From assembly GCA_964016885.1 (NCBI GenBank), contig OZ024745.1, forward strand, positions 28,520,001 through 28,584,000: DNA of 64,000 bases, in the 5' to 3' direction. A model generated the notes under the pieces. The model worked only from the letters and a program-made list of their open reading frames with translations. It searched no databases and was not told where the DNA came from. Below, in pieces: positions 25,573 to 36,143 of the stretch. The position numbers and the translations under genes are program-made. The number at the start of each line of letters is the position of its first letter. Within the stretch, counting starts at the first letter, position 1. Source of the stretch: Eledone cirrhosa (lineage: Eukaryota).

Positions 25573-26861
25573 CCGCCTGACCGTAGTGCCCTGCCCAAGG
25601 GAAACCCTCACCAAGATGGAGCGCGCGCTCTTCCAATTCCTTTGGAAGAGGCGGGCTCCTATGGTGAGGAGATCCATCTGCTGTCAACACCCTTCGAAAG
25701 GAGGGCTGGGGATGCCGTGGCTAATGATGCGTAAACACGCATTAAGGCTACGGCACCTCTACGTATTCCTCACCGGACAACCGGTGTGGGCCTCGTTTGT
25801 GAGACGAACCTTTCCCAGACTCGTCTCACTCACCGAGCTGCAATCCTGGGTCAAGCAAAGACCGAGAAAACTGGGCGCCTGGCACACTGAGTGTGCCCAG
25901 GCGCTCACCGCCCTCTGGCAGGCGGATCCGGTTATCAGTGGAGACTCCACCGCAACATTCTATAGAGGGCTGGTACGCAGCAGGTGCGACGACGCCCTCG
26001 GAGAAGCCCTAGACATGGAGGAGGACGAACTGGCCAGCCTGTTCGGTAGGACATTCAGCCCGGGACCTATGGACAACTTCCAGAAGTCCCTGGCCTGGCA
26101 GTGCTACCGAGGGGCTTTACCCGTTCGAGAAAGGCTCTACAGACACGGGCGCCCGGGTAGGGACCCCGCCAAAAAGATCTGTCCCAGATGCGTGTGCGAC
26201 GAGGAAACCGTTGAACACGCATTGGTACACTGCTCGGGCGTAGCCGATCTGTGGGGCTATGTCGAACAACTGCTGTCAAGGGTGGGACCGATCCGGTTGA
26301 CCACCGAGTCTATTGTAATGATCAAGCCGCCTCCCCCCTTCAAAGATGAAGCAGAGGCGGTGTTTCTGTGCGTAATAGCCATGGCGAAAGAGGTTGTATG
26401 GTGGACGCGTCTGAAAGGACTGAGGTCAGGCACCTTTCTCTCTGGCCAACAACTGGTCCGTTTCTTCCGATATCATTTCGGAAGAAGGATCAGGATGGAG
26501 AGAGAGGTGCTGCACCCCAGCCGTTTCTATGAAAGATGGGTGAAAGTGGCGAGAATGGCCCGTGTGAATGGGCCTTCTCTTTACATGAGCCTGTAGGTGG
26601 AAAAGAGGAAGGAACGAGGGAGCACCCCCTCTCTGTGCTCCTGAGGAAAAGGGTTGCACACTTTTTTCGGGGGTGTGTGCGACCCCCCAAGGCGCCTCCT
26701 CTCTATTGAGGATTTTGTTAAAAATTTTATTTTTTGTTATATCTTATTTTATTTTTATATTTTGTTATTGCCTCCTCCTTATTGAGGACGCCTTTTTGTG
26801 TAAACTCCCCCCCTTTGTACTTGTCCCACTTTTGATGCCCTAGTGGCAAATAAAAGAAACA
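25573..26861 (+). mobile_element. 5'-truncated Tx1/L1-clade LINE (ORF2 C-terminus to stop at 26596, plus 3' UTR)
   Basis: Translation is closely similar to the C-terminus of the 1142-aa ORF2 (YRLTVVPCP...GGLGMP...CPRC..ETVEHALVHC). Exact 16-bp TSD tatctatatgtgtgta at 25557-25572 and 26862-26877; aataaa near the 3' end. Confidence 0.93.
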
Positions 26862-26902
26862 TATCTATATGTGTGTATGTATGTAAGTATATATATATAT
26901 AT

Positions 26903-26962
<60 letters not shown>

Positions 26963-27224
26963 TGGGTAGATAGATAGATAGATAGATAGATAAATTTCTA
27001 TTTATTTGCCACGAGGGCATAAAAGAAGGGGACATTTACACAGTGGGGGAGTTTACATAAATCGAGTAAAAAAAAAAGGAATAACAATAATAATATAACA
27101 ATAAAAAGTCCTCAAAAGGGAGGGGGCGTGTTGGGGATTGCACATACCCCCGAAAAGTGTGCAACTCTTTTCGCGGGGGAAGCCCAGAGAGGAGGCGCTC
27201 CCCCTTTCCTCTTCACTTCTTCAC

Positions 27225-30200
27225 CTACAGAACAATGTAGAGAGAAGGCCCATTTACACGGGCCATTCTCGCTTCTTTCACCCACCTTTCATAAAACTGT
27301 CTGGGACCAAGCACTTCTCTCTCCATCCTGATTCTTCTTCCGAAGTGGTATCGGAAGAAGTAAACCAGGTGATGGCCGGAGAGAAAGTCACCCGACCTCA
27401 GACCTTTCAGGCGCGTCCACCACACAACCTCTTTCATCATGGCTATTACGCACAGAAAGACCGCCTCTGCTTCATTTCTGAAGGGAGGAGGCGGCTTGAT
27501 GTTCACCACAGACTCGGCGGTTAATCGAATCGGCGCCACACGCGACAGCAGTCGTTCGACGTAGCCCCACAGATCGGCAACGCCCGGGCAGTGTACCAGT
27601 GCATGCGCAACGGTTTCCTCGTCGCGCACGCATCTGGGACAGATCTTTTTCGCGGGATCCCTGCCCGGGCGCCCGTGTCTGTAGAGCTTTTCTCGAACGG
27701 GCAGAGCCCCCCGGTAACACTGCCAGGCTAGGGACCTCTGGAAGTTGTCCATGGGTCCCGGGCCGAAAGTTCTACCGAACAGGCTGGCCAGTTCGTCCTC
27801 CTCCATGCCTAGCGACTCTCCAAGGGTGTCGTCGCCCCTGCTAGCCACCAACCCTCTATAGAATGTCGAGGTGGATTCTCCACTGACAGTCGGGTCCGCT
27901 TGCCAGATAGCCGTGAGCGCCTGGGCACACTCAGTGTGCCAGTTGCCCAGTTTTCTCGGTCTTTGCTTCACCCAGGATTGCAGTTCGGTGAGCGAGACGA
28001 GCTGTGGGAAGGCTCGCCTCACAAACGGGGCCCACACCGGCTGACCGTTGAGGAATACCTGTAGATGCCGTAGCCTCAATGCGTGCCTACGCATCAACAG
28101 CCACGGCATACCCAGCCCTCCTTTCGAAGGGTGCTGGCAGCAGATGGATCTCCTCACCATGGGAGGCCGCTTCTTCCAGAGGAACTGGAAGAGCATGCGT
28201 TCCATGATGGTGAGCTTTTCCTTGGGGCAAGGCACGACGGTCAGGCGGTAGTAGATGACGGACGCTATGTAAGCGTTCGTCACCTCCGCCCGACCTTTCA
28301 GTGATAGTTTGCACTTGGCCCACTTCTGGGTCAGCGCAAACACCCTGCTCGTCACCTCGCCCCAATTCTTCTCCACCTGGAGGTCCGGTCCGAACCAGAC
28401 CCCGAGCAGCTTCACCGGGCCCTCCGTCCACCGCCCGACGACACCGTCTAACGGCATCGGTTTGCCCCTCCACGTTCCGAGTTGCAAACCGACTGACTTG
28501 TCCTGGTTCAGCTTAGCCCCCGTCAGCCTTTCGTATTCCTCCAGTAGGGTGGCGATCGCCCCGATTTCCGAGGCGTCCGCCACCATTACTGTTACGTCGT
28601 CGGCATAGGCCGAGACCGCTTTGTGCAATCCCGGTTCCAGGGGTATGCCCCGCAGCAACTCCAACTTCCGCAGCAGTGGCTCGAGAGTCAATACGTACAG
28701 AAGGGAGGAGAGGGGGCACCCCTGTCTGATGGATCGGGTGATTTGAAACGGCTCCGAGAGGTAGCCGTTTACTTTAATCCTAGAGTAGATGTTGCCACTG
28801 TGCATGGCAGAAATCCAGCCCCTGAAAACGGGTCCGAAGCCCGCCGCCGCTAGCACCGCATCCAGGTAACCATGGTCGACCCTATCGAACGCCTTAGATT
28901 GATCCAAGTTGATCAGGGCCCCACCAAAGCCGGGTTCGTAGCCAACCCTCTCTATGATGTATCGCATGAGGTGGAGGTTGTCGTGAATGGACCTGGACGG
29001 GATAGCGCATGTCTGCGCGTCTCCCACCAAACCACCCACCACAAGCGCCAACCTCTTCGCCAACACCTTGGCCAAAATCTGTAACTCTGCATTCAGCAGA
29101 GTTATGGGCCTAAAGTTACTTAAGTCGTCCCCCTTGCTCTCGTCCTTCCTCACTAGCGTGACCACGCCCTTGGTCACAGAACAGGGAATTCTCCCGTTCT
29201 GTTGCCAGTTGCAATAGACAGCCTCGAGGAGTTCGGAGAACAAGACCGGCATAGCTAAATAAAGTTCGTATGGTAGACCATCGAGACCCGGGGATTTGCG
29301 TCTGCTGCATTGGCTGAGCGCTTCCCCGATTTCAGTGGCTGTGATTGGCCTTTCGCAGCACTCCGCTTCGCCGCTCGAAAGACGCGGTAGACCGTCGAGG
29401 TATGGACCGAAGTCCACATCCCCGTCCGGCCCCCCGCCACCTCCGAACAGTCGAGCAAAGTGCCTTTGAAAGGTCTCGCACATTCGCTCAGGTTCAAGGA
29501 TCACCCGTCCATCCTGGTCTCGCAAAGACCGAATGGTGGATTTAATCCCACTCTTGGCTTCTGTCACGCGGGCCCAGCTAACAGCTTTGGTCCCCTCGTT
29601 TCCTAAAGCACGTATTTTACTTCGGACAACGCAGCCTTCGTGCTTCGCGTCAAAGAACTGGCTCAATGCCGTTCTCGCTGCTAACACTCTGGCTACGTCT
29701 CCGCTCCTAATCGCCTCTTCTAGTTTATCTGTTAACTCCCTTTCCCTCCTATTTCTATTCGCCGCTAGTTCCTTACTGTAACCTATCGAACTTACTCTAA
29801 TCTCTCTCTTTAGAGATATCCACCACCTACTGTTGACGATCGCTCCCGTCAACCGCATCTTAACTAAGCTACTAATCCGGTTTCTGTAATCTTTCTTTGT
29901 CGGTAAGGACAAGTTCATCTTCCAGTAACCGGGACCCTGTCTATGCGTTCTATCAAGGTTGACCACGCAGGTCACTAATTTGTGATCTGAATAGCCAACC
30001 ATGATCAGTTCTGGACAACTAAATACGTCCCTATCCTTACTCCTAACCAAAAACCTATCTAGGTACGATCTAGATTGTCCACTGCGGTTTGCCCAGGTCC
30101 AGGTTGGCGCAGTTGGACAATCTAGTCGAAATCTATCGACCAGGTCGAATCGATCGAGTAACCCCTTGAGGCTGCTACACCCCCCTCTATCGGGACATGC

Positions 30201-30653
30201 CCCTGCATAGTCCCAACGCGCATCTAGGATTCCATTCCAGTCCCCCACTAAAAGCAGGGAACGCGACGTTCCTAGAAAAGTCTCCAGACGTTGGAAGAAG
30301 TCGGCTCTCTCCGCCCCGAAGGGAGCATAAAGACCGACCAGTCTGAAAGCCCCGCCTTCACCACCTCCGACGTCCAGCACCAGTAATCGACCCCCCGGGT
30401 CCGAGTGAACAATCTGTACGTCGAGAGTCAGACGTTTATCCAGCAGTACGGCAACTCCCCCCCCGCCTCCGGGTTGACAGAGAGATGCGTGCATCTCAAA
30501 GTCATCGAAGGCGGGCGCCAGCTGTCTCACGCTGCTGATCCGACTCTCGCAAACAACCATCACATCTATACTTTGTGACCTGAGGTCACTTAGAAGCTTT
30601 GCTTGCTTCCAAGCTGAGCTCAGGCCACGCGCGTTCAAACAGCCAACTCTCAA
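27225..30653 (-). CDS. LINE ORF2: APE endonuclease, reverse transcriptase and C-terminal zinc-binding motif (1142 aa, non-AUG start)
   Basis: APE motifs LNARGL, VCE, YAP, GDWN, LDRF, SDH; GPGYWK; RT motifs KSPGLDG, FRPITLLN, DQSKAFDRV, IRQGCPLS, YADD; terminal CPRC..ET..HALVHC. Confidence 0.95.
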   Translation of the reverse strand: MRVGCLNARGLSSAWKQAKLLSDLRSQSIDVMVVCESRISSVRQLAPAFDDFEMHASLCQPGGGGGVAVLLDKRLTLDVQIVHSDPGGRLLVLDVGGGEGGAFRLVGLYAPFGAERADFFQRLETFLGTSRSLLLVGDWNGILDARWDYAGACPDRGGCSSLKGLLDRFDLVDRFRLDCPTAPTWTWANRSGQSRSYLDRFLVRSKDRDVFSCPELIMVGYSDHKLVTCVVNLDRTHRQGPGYWKMNLSLPTKKDYRNRISSLVKMRLTGAIVNSRWWISLKREIRVSSIGYSKELAANRNRRERELTDKLEEAIRSGDVARVLAARTALSQFFDAKHEGCVVRSKIRALGNEGTKAVSWARVTEAKSGIKSTIRSLRDQDGRVILEPERMCETFQRHFARLFGGGGGPDGDVDFGPYLDGLPRLSSGEAECCERPITATEIGEALSQCSRRKSPGLDGLPYELYLAMPVLFSELLEAVYCNWQQNGRIPCSVTKGVVTLVRKDESKGDDLSNFRPITLLNAELQILAKVLAKRLALVVGGLVGDAQTCAIPSRSIHDNLHLMRYIIERVGYEPGFGGALINLDQSKAFDRVDHGYLDAVLAAAGFGPVFRGWISAMHSGNIYSRIKVNGYLSEPFQITRSIRQGCPLSSLLYVLTLEPLLRKLELLRGIPLEPGLHKAVSAYADDVTVMVADASEIGAIATLLEEYERLTGAKLNQDKSVGLQLGTWRGKPMPLDGVVGRWTEGPVKLLGVWFGPDLQVEKNWGEVTSRVFALTQKWAKCKLSLKGRAEVTNAYIASVIYYRLTVVPCPKEKLTIMERMLFQFLWKKRPPMVRRSICCQHPSKGGLGMPWLLMRRHALRLRHLQVFLNGQPVWAPFVRRAFPQLVSLTELQSWVKQRPRKLGNWHTECAQALTAIWQADPTVSGESTSTFYRGLVASRGDDTLGESLGMEEDELASLFGRTFGPGPMDNFQRSLAWQCYRGALPVREKLYRHGRPGRDPAKKICPRCVRDEETVAHALVHCPGVADLWGYVERLLSRVAPIRLTAESVVNIKPPPPFRNEAEAVFLCVIAMMKEVVWWTRLKGLRSGDFLSGHHLVYFFRYHFGRRIRMEREVLGPRQFYERWVKEARMARVNGPSLYIVL

Positions 30654-30658
30654 TTGAT

Positions 30659-32494
30659 CTATTTTGGTGTTGAAAGTGAAGAAAGAAAAGCACTTACCTC
30701 TCCGGGTTGCGTAATTTCCATGGCATCAGGTGTGTTGGGTGGAGGGATGTTTTGTGGTGGTGTGGGGGTACACGTGTGTGGTGGGGTTGGGGTATTTGGA
30801 GTTGTGTCAGGGAGAGGGGCGGTTATGGGGAAATCTTTCAAGAGGACGCGATTCAACGGTTTTAAACAGGGGGGGCTCACGTCCCGTCTAAATTGTTCTT
30901 TTAAGGAACGATAAAGGTCCAGAGGGACCTTTATCATTTTTAAATGGGTGAAGTTCTCTGTTGAGATAAAGTTTGGCCCTTCGGTCTGCACCATAGGGTT
31001 ATTGTTTATTAATTTAACCAGTTTTTTGTTTTCTTTATTTATATATGTGTATTGCAACGTCTTTTTTTGTGATGCTGTCAATGTTTCGGAGAGGGGAGGC
31101 GCAGATTTATTTTTGTTTGTTGAGGGTTGGGTGTTTTTGATTGGAGTTGGTGTTTGTGTGTGGGTTATTTGTGGTGTGCTGGGTGTGTGTTTTCTTTTTT
31201 TTCTTTTAACTTGTCTGAAGGCTTCTCCTCCTTCTTCTTCAGAAGTTGGGGGAAACTCTTCAGCGCTAGGTGGGAGGGACGTGTTGTGTGGTTGTTTTTT
31301 TTTTGCGGGAGGGGTAGATTTGTTACTGTTTTTTTTATTATTTGTTTGGAATGGGTTTTGTGGTGGTGGTGGTGGTAATGTTTGTGTCGTGCTTGTGGTT
31401 GGTAATGGTGGTGGTGATGTTTGTGTTGTGGTTGGTGGTGGTGATTTTTGTGTCGTGCTTGTGTTTGGTGCTGGTGGTGGTGATGTTTGTGTTGTGTTTG
31501 TGGTTGGTGGTGTCTGTATTTTGTTTGCTGTGTGTGGTATTAGTGTATTTTTGGAGGTGGGTGGTGCTGGTGTACTGTTTGTGGTGGGTGTGGGCAATAG
31601 TCCTTTTTGGGGGATACGTTTCGGGCAGTTAGCCTTAACGTGTCCCCTTTCCATGCATAAATAGCATGCTGGTCTTCTCCCCTCTACAATTATGTCTATT
31701 GGGGTAAGGTCATCCAGCCAGATGCGATCCGGGATTTGTGCTATTCTTTCGGGCCTCATTTGGACTAGTATGTCGAGGCCCATTCCCAGGAACGCATCTC
31801 CAGTTGCCTTCCCCATTGACAGCATAGTGTCTTCGCCCATATCAATGAAGCCAGCAATAGCCCACCAGAAGTCCATTGTGGGCAGCATTGTTTTTACTTT
31901 TATCCTCTGTGTTCTTCTACCCATGTAGGAGGGATAGAAGCTATATGTTGTTGACGAGAGTGGGCTTAGGGAAAGCTGAACCGCCGTTTCTTTGTCTCTT
32001 GTTAGGACCGAAATGCTGCCATAGAGTCGGTCCTTTCGTATGAAGAGAATATTCTTCATATAGTCTTTTAGGACTAACTCTATTTCCATTTGGCTGGGCT
32101 GTGCTGGCTTTCTTGACTGGTTTAGTATAGTTCTGTATATAACTGTGTTTTCTGCTCTGGCTTTCTTGAATTCTGGGGGGGAGTTAATGGAAAACATTCC
32201 GTTCTCCCCTAAAACAATATGTTTCTTTGCTTCGGCCAGTTTTTCTCTGGCGGCAGTTAGGTCAATTGGTGTGTATGTAATGGATTGCTTTGTTTTCTGG
32301 GCGAAAGTTGCCCTGTCGTTATTTGTATTATTTTCTGTTTGTTTGTTTTCTGTTTGCTCATTTTCCTTAACATTTGTTTTTTCATTTTGTTTGTTTGTTT
32401 CAATGTCTAATTTTGTTGTAATTATTTTTTGTTCTTCAGACTTGGGGGGCGTGGCAGAGCTAATGGCAGACATGTCTGCCATCTTTTCCGCCAT
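30659..32494 (-). CDS. LINE ORF1: gag-like nucleic-acid-binding protein with CCHC zinc knuckle and Pro/Thr-rich tail (611 aa from first ATG)
   Basis: CYLCMERGHVKANC fits CX2CX4HX4C. The ORF lies directly upstream of ORF2, with the first ATG at 32494. Confidence 0.88.
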   Translation of the reverse strand: MAEKMADMSAISSATPPKSEEQKIITTKLDIETNKQNEKTNVKENEQTENKQTENNTNNDRATFAQKTKQSITYTPIDLTAAREKLAEAKKHIVLGENGMFSINSPPEFKKARAENTVIYRTILNQSRKPAQPSQMEIELVLKDYMKNILFIRKDRLYGSISVLTRDKETAVQLSLSPLSSTTYSFYPSYMGRRTQRIKVKTMLPTMDFWWAIAGFIDMGEDTMLSMGKATGDAFLGMGLDILVQMRPERIAQIPDRIWLDDLTPIDIIVEGRRPACYLCMERGHVKANCPKRIPQKGLLPTPTTNSTPAPPTSKNTLIPHTANKIQTPPTTNTTQTSPPPAPNTSTTQKSPPPTTTQTSPPPLPTTSTTQTLPPPPPQNPFQTNNKKNSNKSTPPAKKKQPHNTSLPPSAEEFPPTSEEEGGEAFRQVKRKKRKHTPSTPQITHTQTPTPIKNTQPSTNKNKSAPPLSETLTASQKKTLQYTYINKENKKLVKLINNNPMVQTEGPNFISTENFTHLKMIKVPLDLYRSLKEQFRRDVSPPCLKPLNRVLLKDFPITAPLPDTTPNTPTPPHTCTPTPPQNIPPPNTPDAMEITQPGEVSAFLSSLSTPK

Positions 32495-33194
32495 GCTGCC
32501 AAGAAAGAAATTTTTCGGCAAAAATAGATATTTATTTTACCCCCTAAAAAGGGGGTAAATGCAAAAATGTTTCCCTAAATAACAGGGGTTAGTGTTCCAA
32601 ATGTGTTGCACTAAAAAATTTATCCGGTACTTACAATAGTAAGGGTAAATCCCGATGGAATAGCGGAGCCGATGCGAAGCGTGTCTTACTCTATCAAGAT
32701 AGATAGAGAGATAGATAGAGATAGATATAGATAGATATCTGTCTATATCTATCTATCTATTCATTCAGCTGTCTATCTATCTCTCTATCTATTATATTTC
32801 TATTTCTATCATACTCTCACCGCATCCTGTCATCAATTCTTCTCTCCCTCTCCCTCCCACTTACTCTCTCTTTCTCTCTACGTATATTTATCTTTGTGCC
32901 CAATGTACACCCTATCCCCCCTCCTACTCTTTCCAATCATCATTTATCAGTTTTAATCCAGAATATGTGACTGACCTGTCCGGTTAAACTAAGTAGTTTG
33001 ATGACCAACTGGGGACGGGCATGCCTTTTGTTGGTTATGCTGCCACACAGCGGTCAGTTTGGTCATAAATCATTATATGATGATGAGTAAAGTGACTATC
33101 AGATTGACATTGCTGGCTTGGAAGCTCTAGTGACCATCATACTGTTTATATACAAACATACATACATTATAATAAATGTTCGGTAAACCCATAC

Positions 33195-33273
<79 letters not shown>

Positions 33274-33795
33274 CATGTATGTATATATATATACATATAT
33301 GTATGTACGTATACATACTTATATTTAATTAACTGCCGTATTAAGAGTGAGAAATGAAATTTCGTTTCATTTTTTCCATTTATCGTTTTCGGTGCGCCCG
33401 GCCGACTAACTCACTCGATATGCAAATTAGGCTGCTCAGTCGTTAATATGCATAAGGAAAGTATATACTTTCAGACGTTCAATCATCTGGCAGGAAGGTA
33501 TACGATGCTAACGATAGCTAATAAGCTTGAAACTAGTACATCGTTTTTTTGTCAGTGTTGAACAAATGAGCAACAATGGTTGCTAAACACTGTACGGCTT
33601 AATTCGGGCTGTTTGCTTACAAACAAACCGAGCATTATAATAAATGTTCGGTAAACCCATACGTACATATATATATATGTGTGCATGTATGTATATATAT
33701 ACATACTATTGTACGTCTGTATACATATACATACTTATATATATATATAGAGAGAGAGAATAGAAAACGAAAAATCAGTGATGCATATATATATA

Positions 33796-33826
<31 letters not shown>

Positions 33827-33919
33827 ATGTATGTATGTATATAAACAGTATATATATATATATATATATGTATGTAAATAAACAGTATATATATAAGAGA
33901 GAGAGAGAGATTGTTGGGT

Positions 33920-34174
<255 letters not shown>

Positions 34175-34661
34175 ATCACATAACGAACTCTATCTAGTGC
34201 TTTATATTACACCTTACATAAAAATACTTACATTATCACCACATGCCTCTCTAACAAATTGCACACCATCTTAAATGTTTATAACAATTATAACATGATT
34301 TAACACTCCACACAAAATATGTTTATTTCAACTGCATTATAACTCTTTTCTCATACATGCCTTATTGACTGTATTGACTCCTGCATTATCCACCAATTGT
34401 CCTTGCTAATAACTTCTCTCCCTGTGTTTTTTTGCTTGTGTTTTTTTTTTCTTTGCTTGTGATTTTTTTTGCTTGCACTTTTTACTTTTACTTATACCTA
34501 TGACACTTCCAGCCAGTGCTGCCTGCAATTGTGTTATTTCAAGCGGAACATCTTTTTAACTCCTGAATCTCCACATGATGCCTTTGACACTAATAACAAC
34601 TATATACCCTAAATGTTCTAAATGACTAGGATCCTAGTTACACGTTTTCGACAGTCCTTAT

Positions 34662-34706
34662 GCTCCGATGATTCCAAACTTCCCTCTAGAAGAAACAATT
34701 GTCAGC
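34662..34706 (+). ncRNA. Minimal type I hammerhead motif (U4C variant)
   Basis: GCT-CCGATGA-TTC-loop-GAA-GAAAC-AATT-GTC-AGC, with palindromic stem III, followed by aataaa and (TA)n. Confidence 0.7.
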
Positions 34707-34748
34707 TAATAAATGTTCTAAACTAAAATTTGATCGTTTTAACACTTT

Positions 34749-34804
<56 letters not shown>

Positions 34805-35670
34805 AGGTGAGTTTTATTGTAGTACAATAAAGCAATGCAGATATCGGATAAGTAGCACTCTACAGTTTGTAGGACTGGAGTATAAATCTCCTTTATTACA
34901 TTATATTATTACCATTAGGAAATACTTCATAAACATATATATTTTGTTGTTAGAGTCTTCTCTTCCTTAAACACTATTTTCTTCTTTGCTTTCTGCGCTC
35001 ATTTGTAAACAAACTATTTACATATATTACGCATACATATTACATTACATAAAAACAAACTTAAACACTAACTAATTCCTCTAAATTCATAATTCATCCA
35101 CTCTTCTACTTCTTTTCACATTATATCCTTAATAACATTAATATTTTTATTTTAATAATACATATTAACAATTTCTTTTCATCGCACATATTATTAAACC
35201 CTTCAATATACAAACCTTAATTTAATATTATTCTTAATACATATTAACAATTTCTTTTCATCGCACATATTAAACCCTTCAATATACAAACCTTAATTTA
35301 ACATTATTCTAAATTTTTTTCTCCTCGTTAATTTTTTTTTCTCTTCATCAATTTTCAAATTCTTTTAAATTATATATTATCTTCCAACGGCTTTTTAACC
35401 TCTCTCTGTGAAACAATATATTTTTCTCAGTTATAAAGGCTATCTCTCTCTTTCTATTACCCATCTCTCCTCCTATCTCATCCTTCCTTATTATACTCCT
35501 CCCCCACCATTCTTTACTCTCATCTCCTCCTCTTTTTCATCCTTTCCACCCCCACCCCCCTCATTTTTTTCCAAATATCACACATCAATCTTAAATTACT
35601 TTTCATATGTTGATTTAAAACTGCACTATTCACAAGTGTTTTTTAACCTTCATATCATGTCTCCCTATTT

Positions 35671-35727
35671 TATCTGACGAAAACGGAAATATCTCATGAT
35701 GATATTTGTTTTTGAAACGCGCATAAT
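35671..35727 (+). ncRNA. Hammerhead-like motif (degenerate stem III)
   Basis: TAT-CTGACGA-AAAC.AAATATC..GATATTT.GTTTT-T-GAAAC-GCGC-ATA-ATA, followed by a short tail and (TA)n. Confidence 0.55.
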
Positions 35728-35761
35728 AAAATACATGGAACTCTTTTAACCATCTTTTGAT

Positions 35762-35797
<36 letters not shown>

Positions 35798-35828
35798 AAG
35801 TGTTAAAACGATCAAATTTTAACACTTC

Positions 35829-35885
<57 letters not shown>

Positions 35886-35950
35886 GAAATACTGTTGGCT
35901 TCACGCTCACAATAATTTCTATACTTTCATATATATATATATATATATAT

Positions 35951-36143
35951 AACGAAGGAAATGTGGTAAGGGACCAGGTGGACCATAACGCACCAAAGTA
36001 CTCAATACTTAGGGTAGTAGAGTGGGTAATAGGAACGAATAGGACCCCGACGGCTGAGCTCAAGCCATTTCGACGGCTAATTCTGGACAGAATTAGCCGT
36101 CGAAACGGCTTGAGCTCAGCCGTCGGGGTCCTACTCGTTCCTA
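35951..36143 (+). mobile_element. Hairpin-terminated element in (TA)n, copy 2
   Basis: Homologous to 4603-4796; palindrome at 36029-36144. Confidence 0.8.

Larger units (their letters stand above)
26993..32697 (-). mobile_element. Full-length Tx1/L1-clade LINE inserted in (GATA)n
   Basis: About 200-bp 5' UTR, ORF1, ORF2 and about 230-bp 3' UTR with aataaa. GATA repeats lie on both flanks and both ORFs are uninterrupted. Confidence 0.93.

Noticed and set aside
30654-32558. Hydrophobic plus-strand ORFs (238 aa, 137 aa and others)
   Set aside because: Antisense shadows of the A/C-rich LINE ORF1.
35157-35310. About 80-bp AT-rich tandem duplication
   Set aside because: An ordinary local duplication with no further structure seen.
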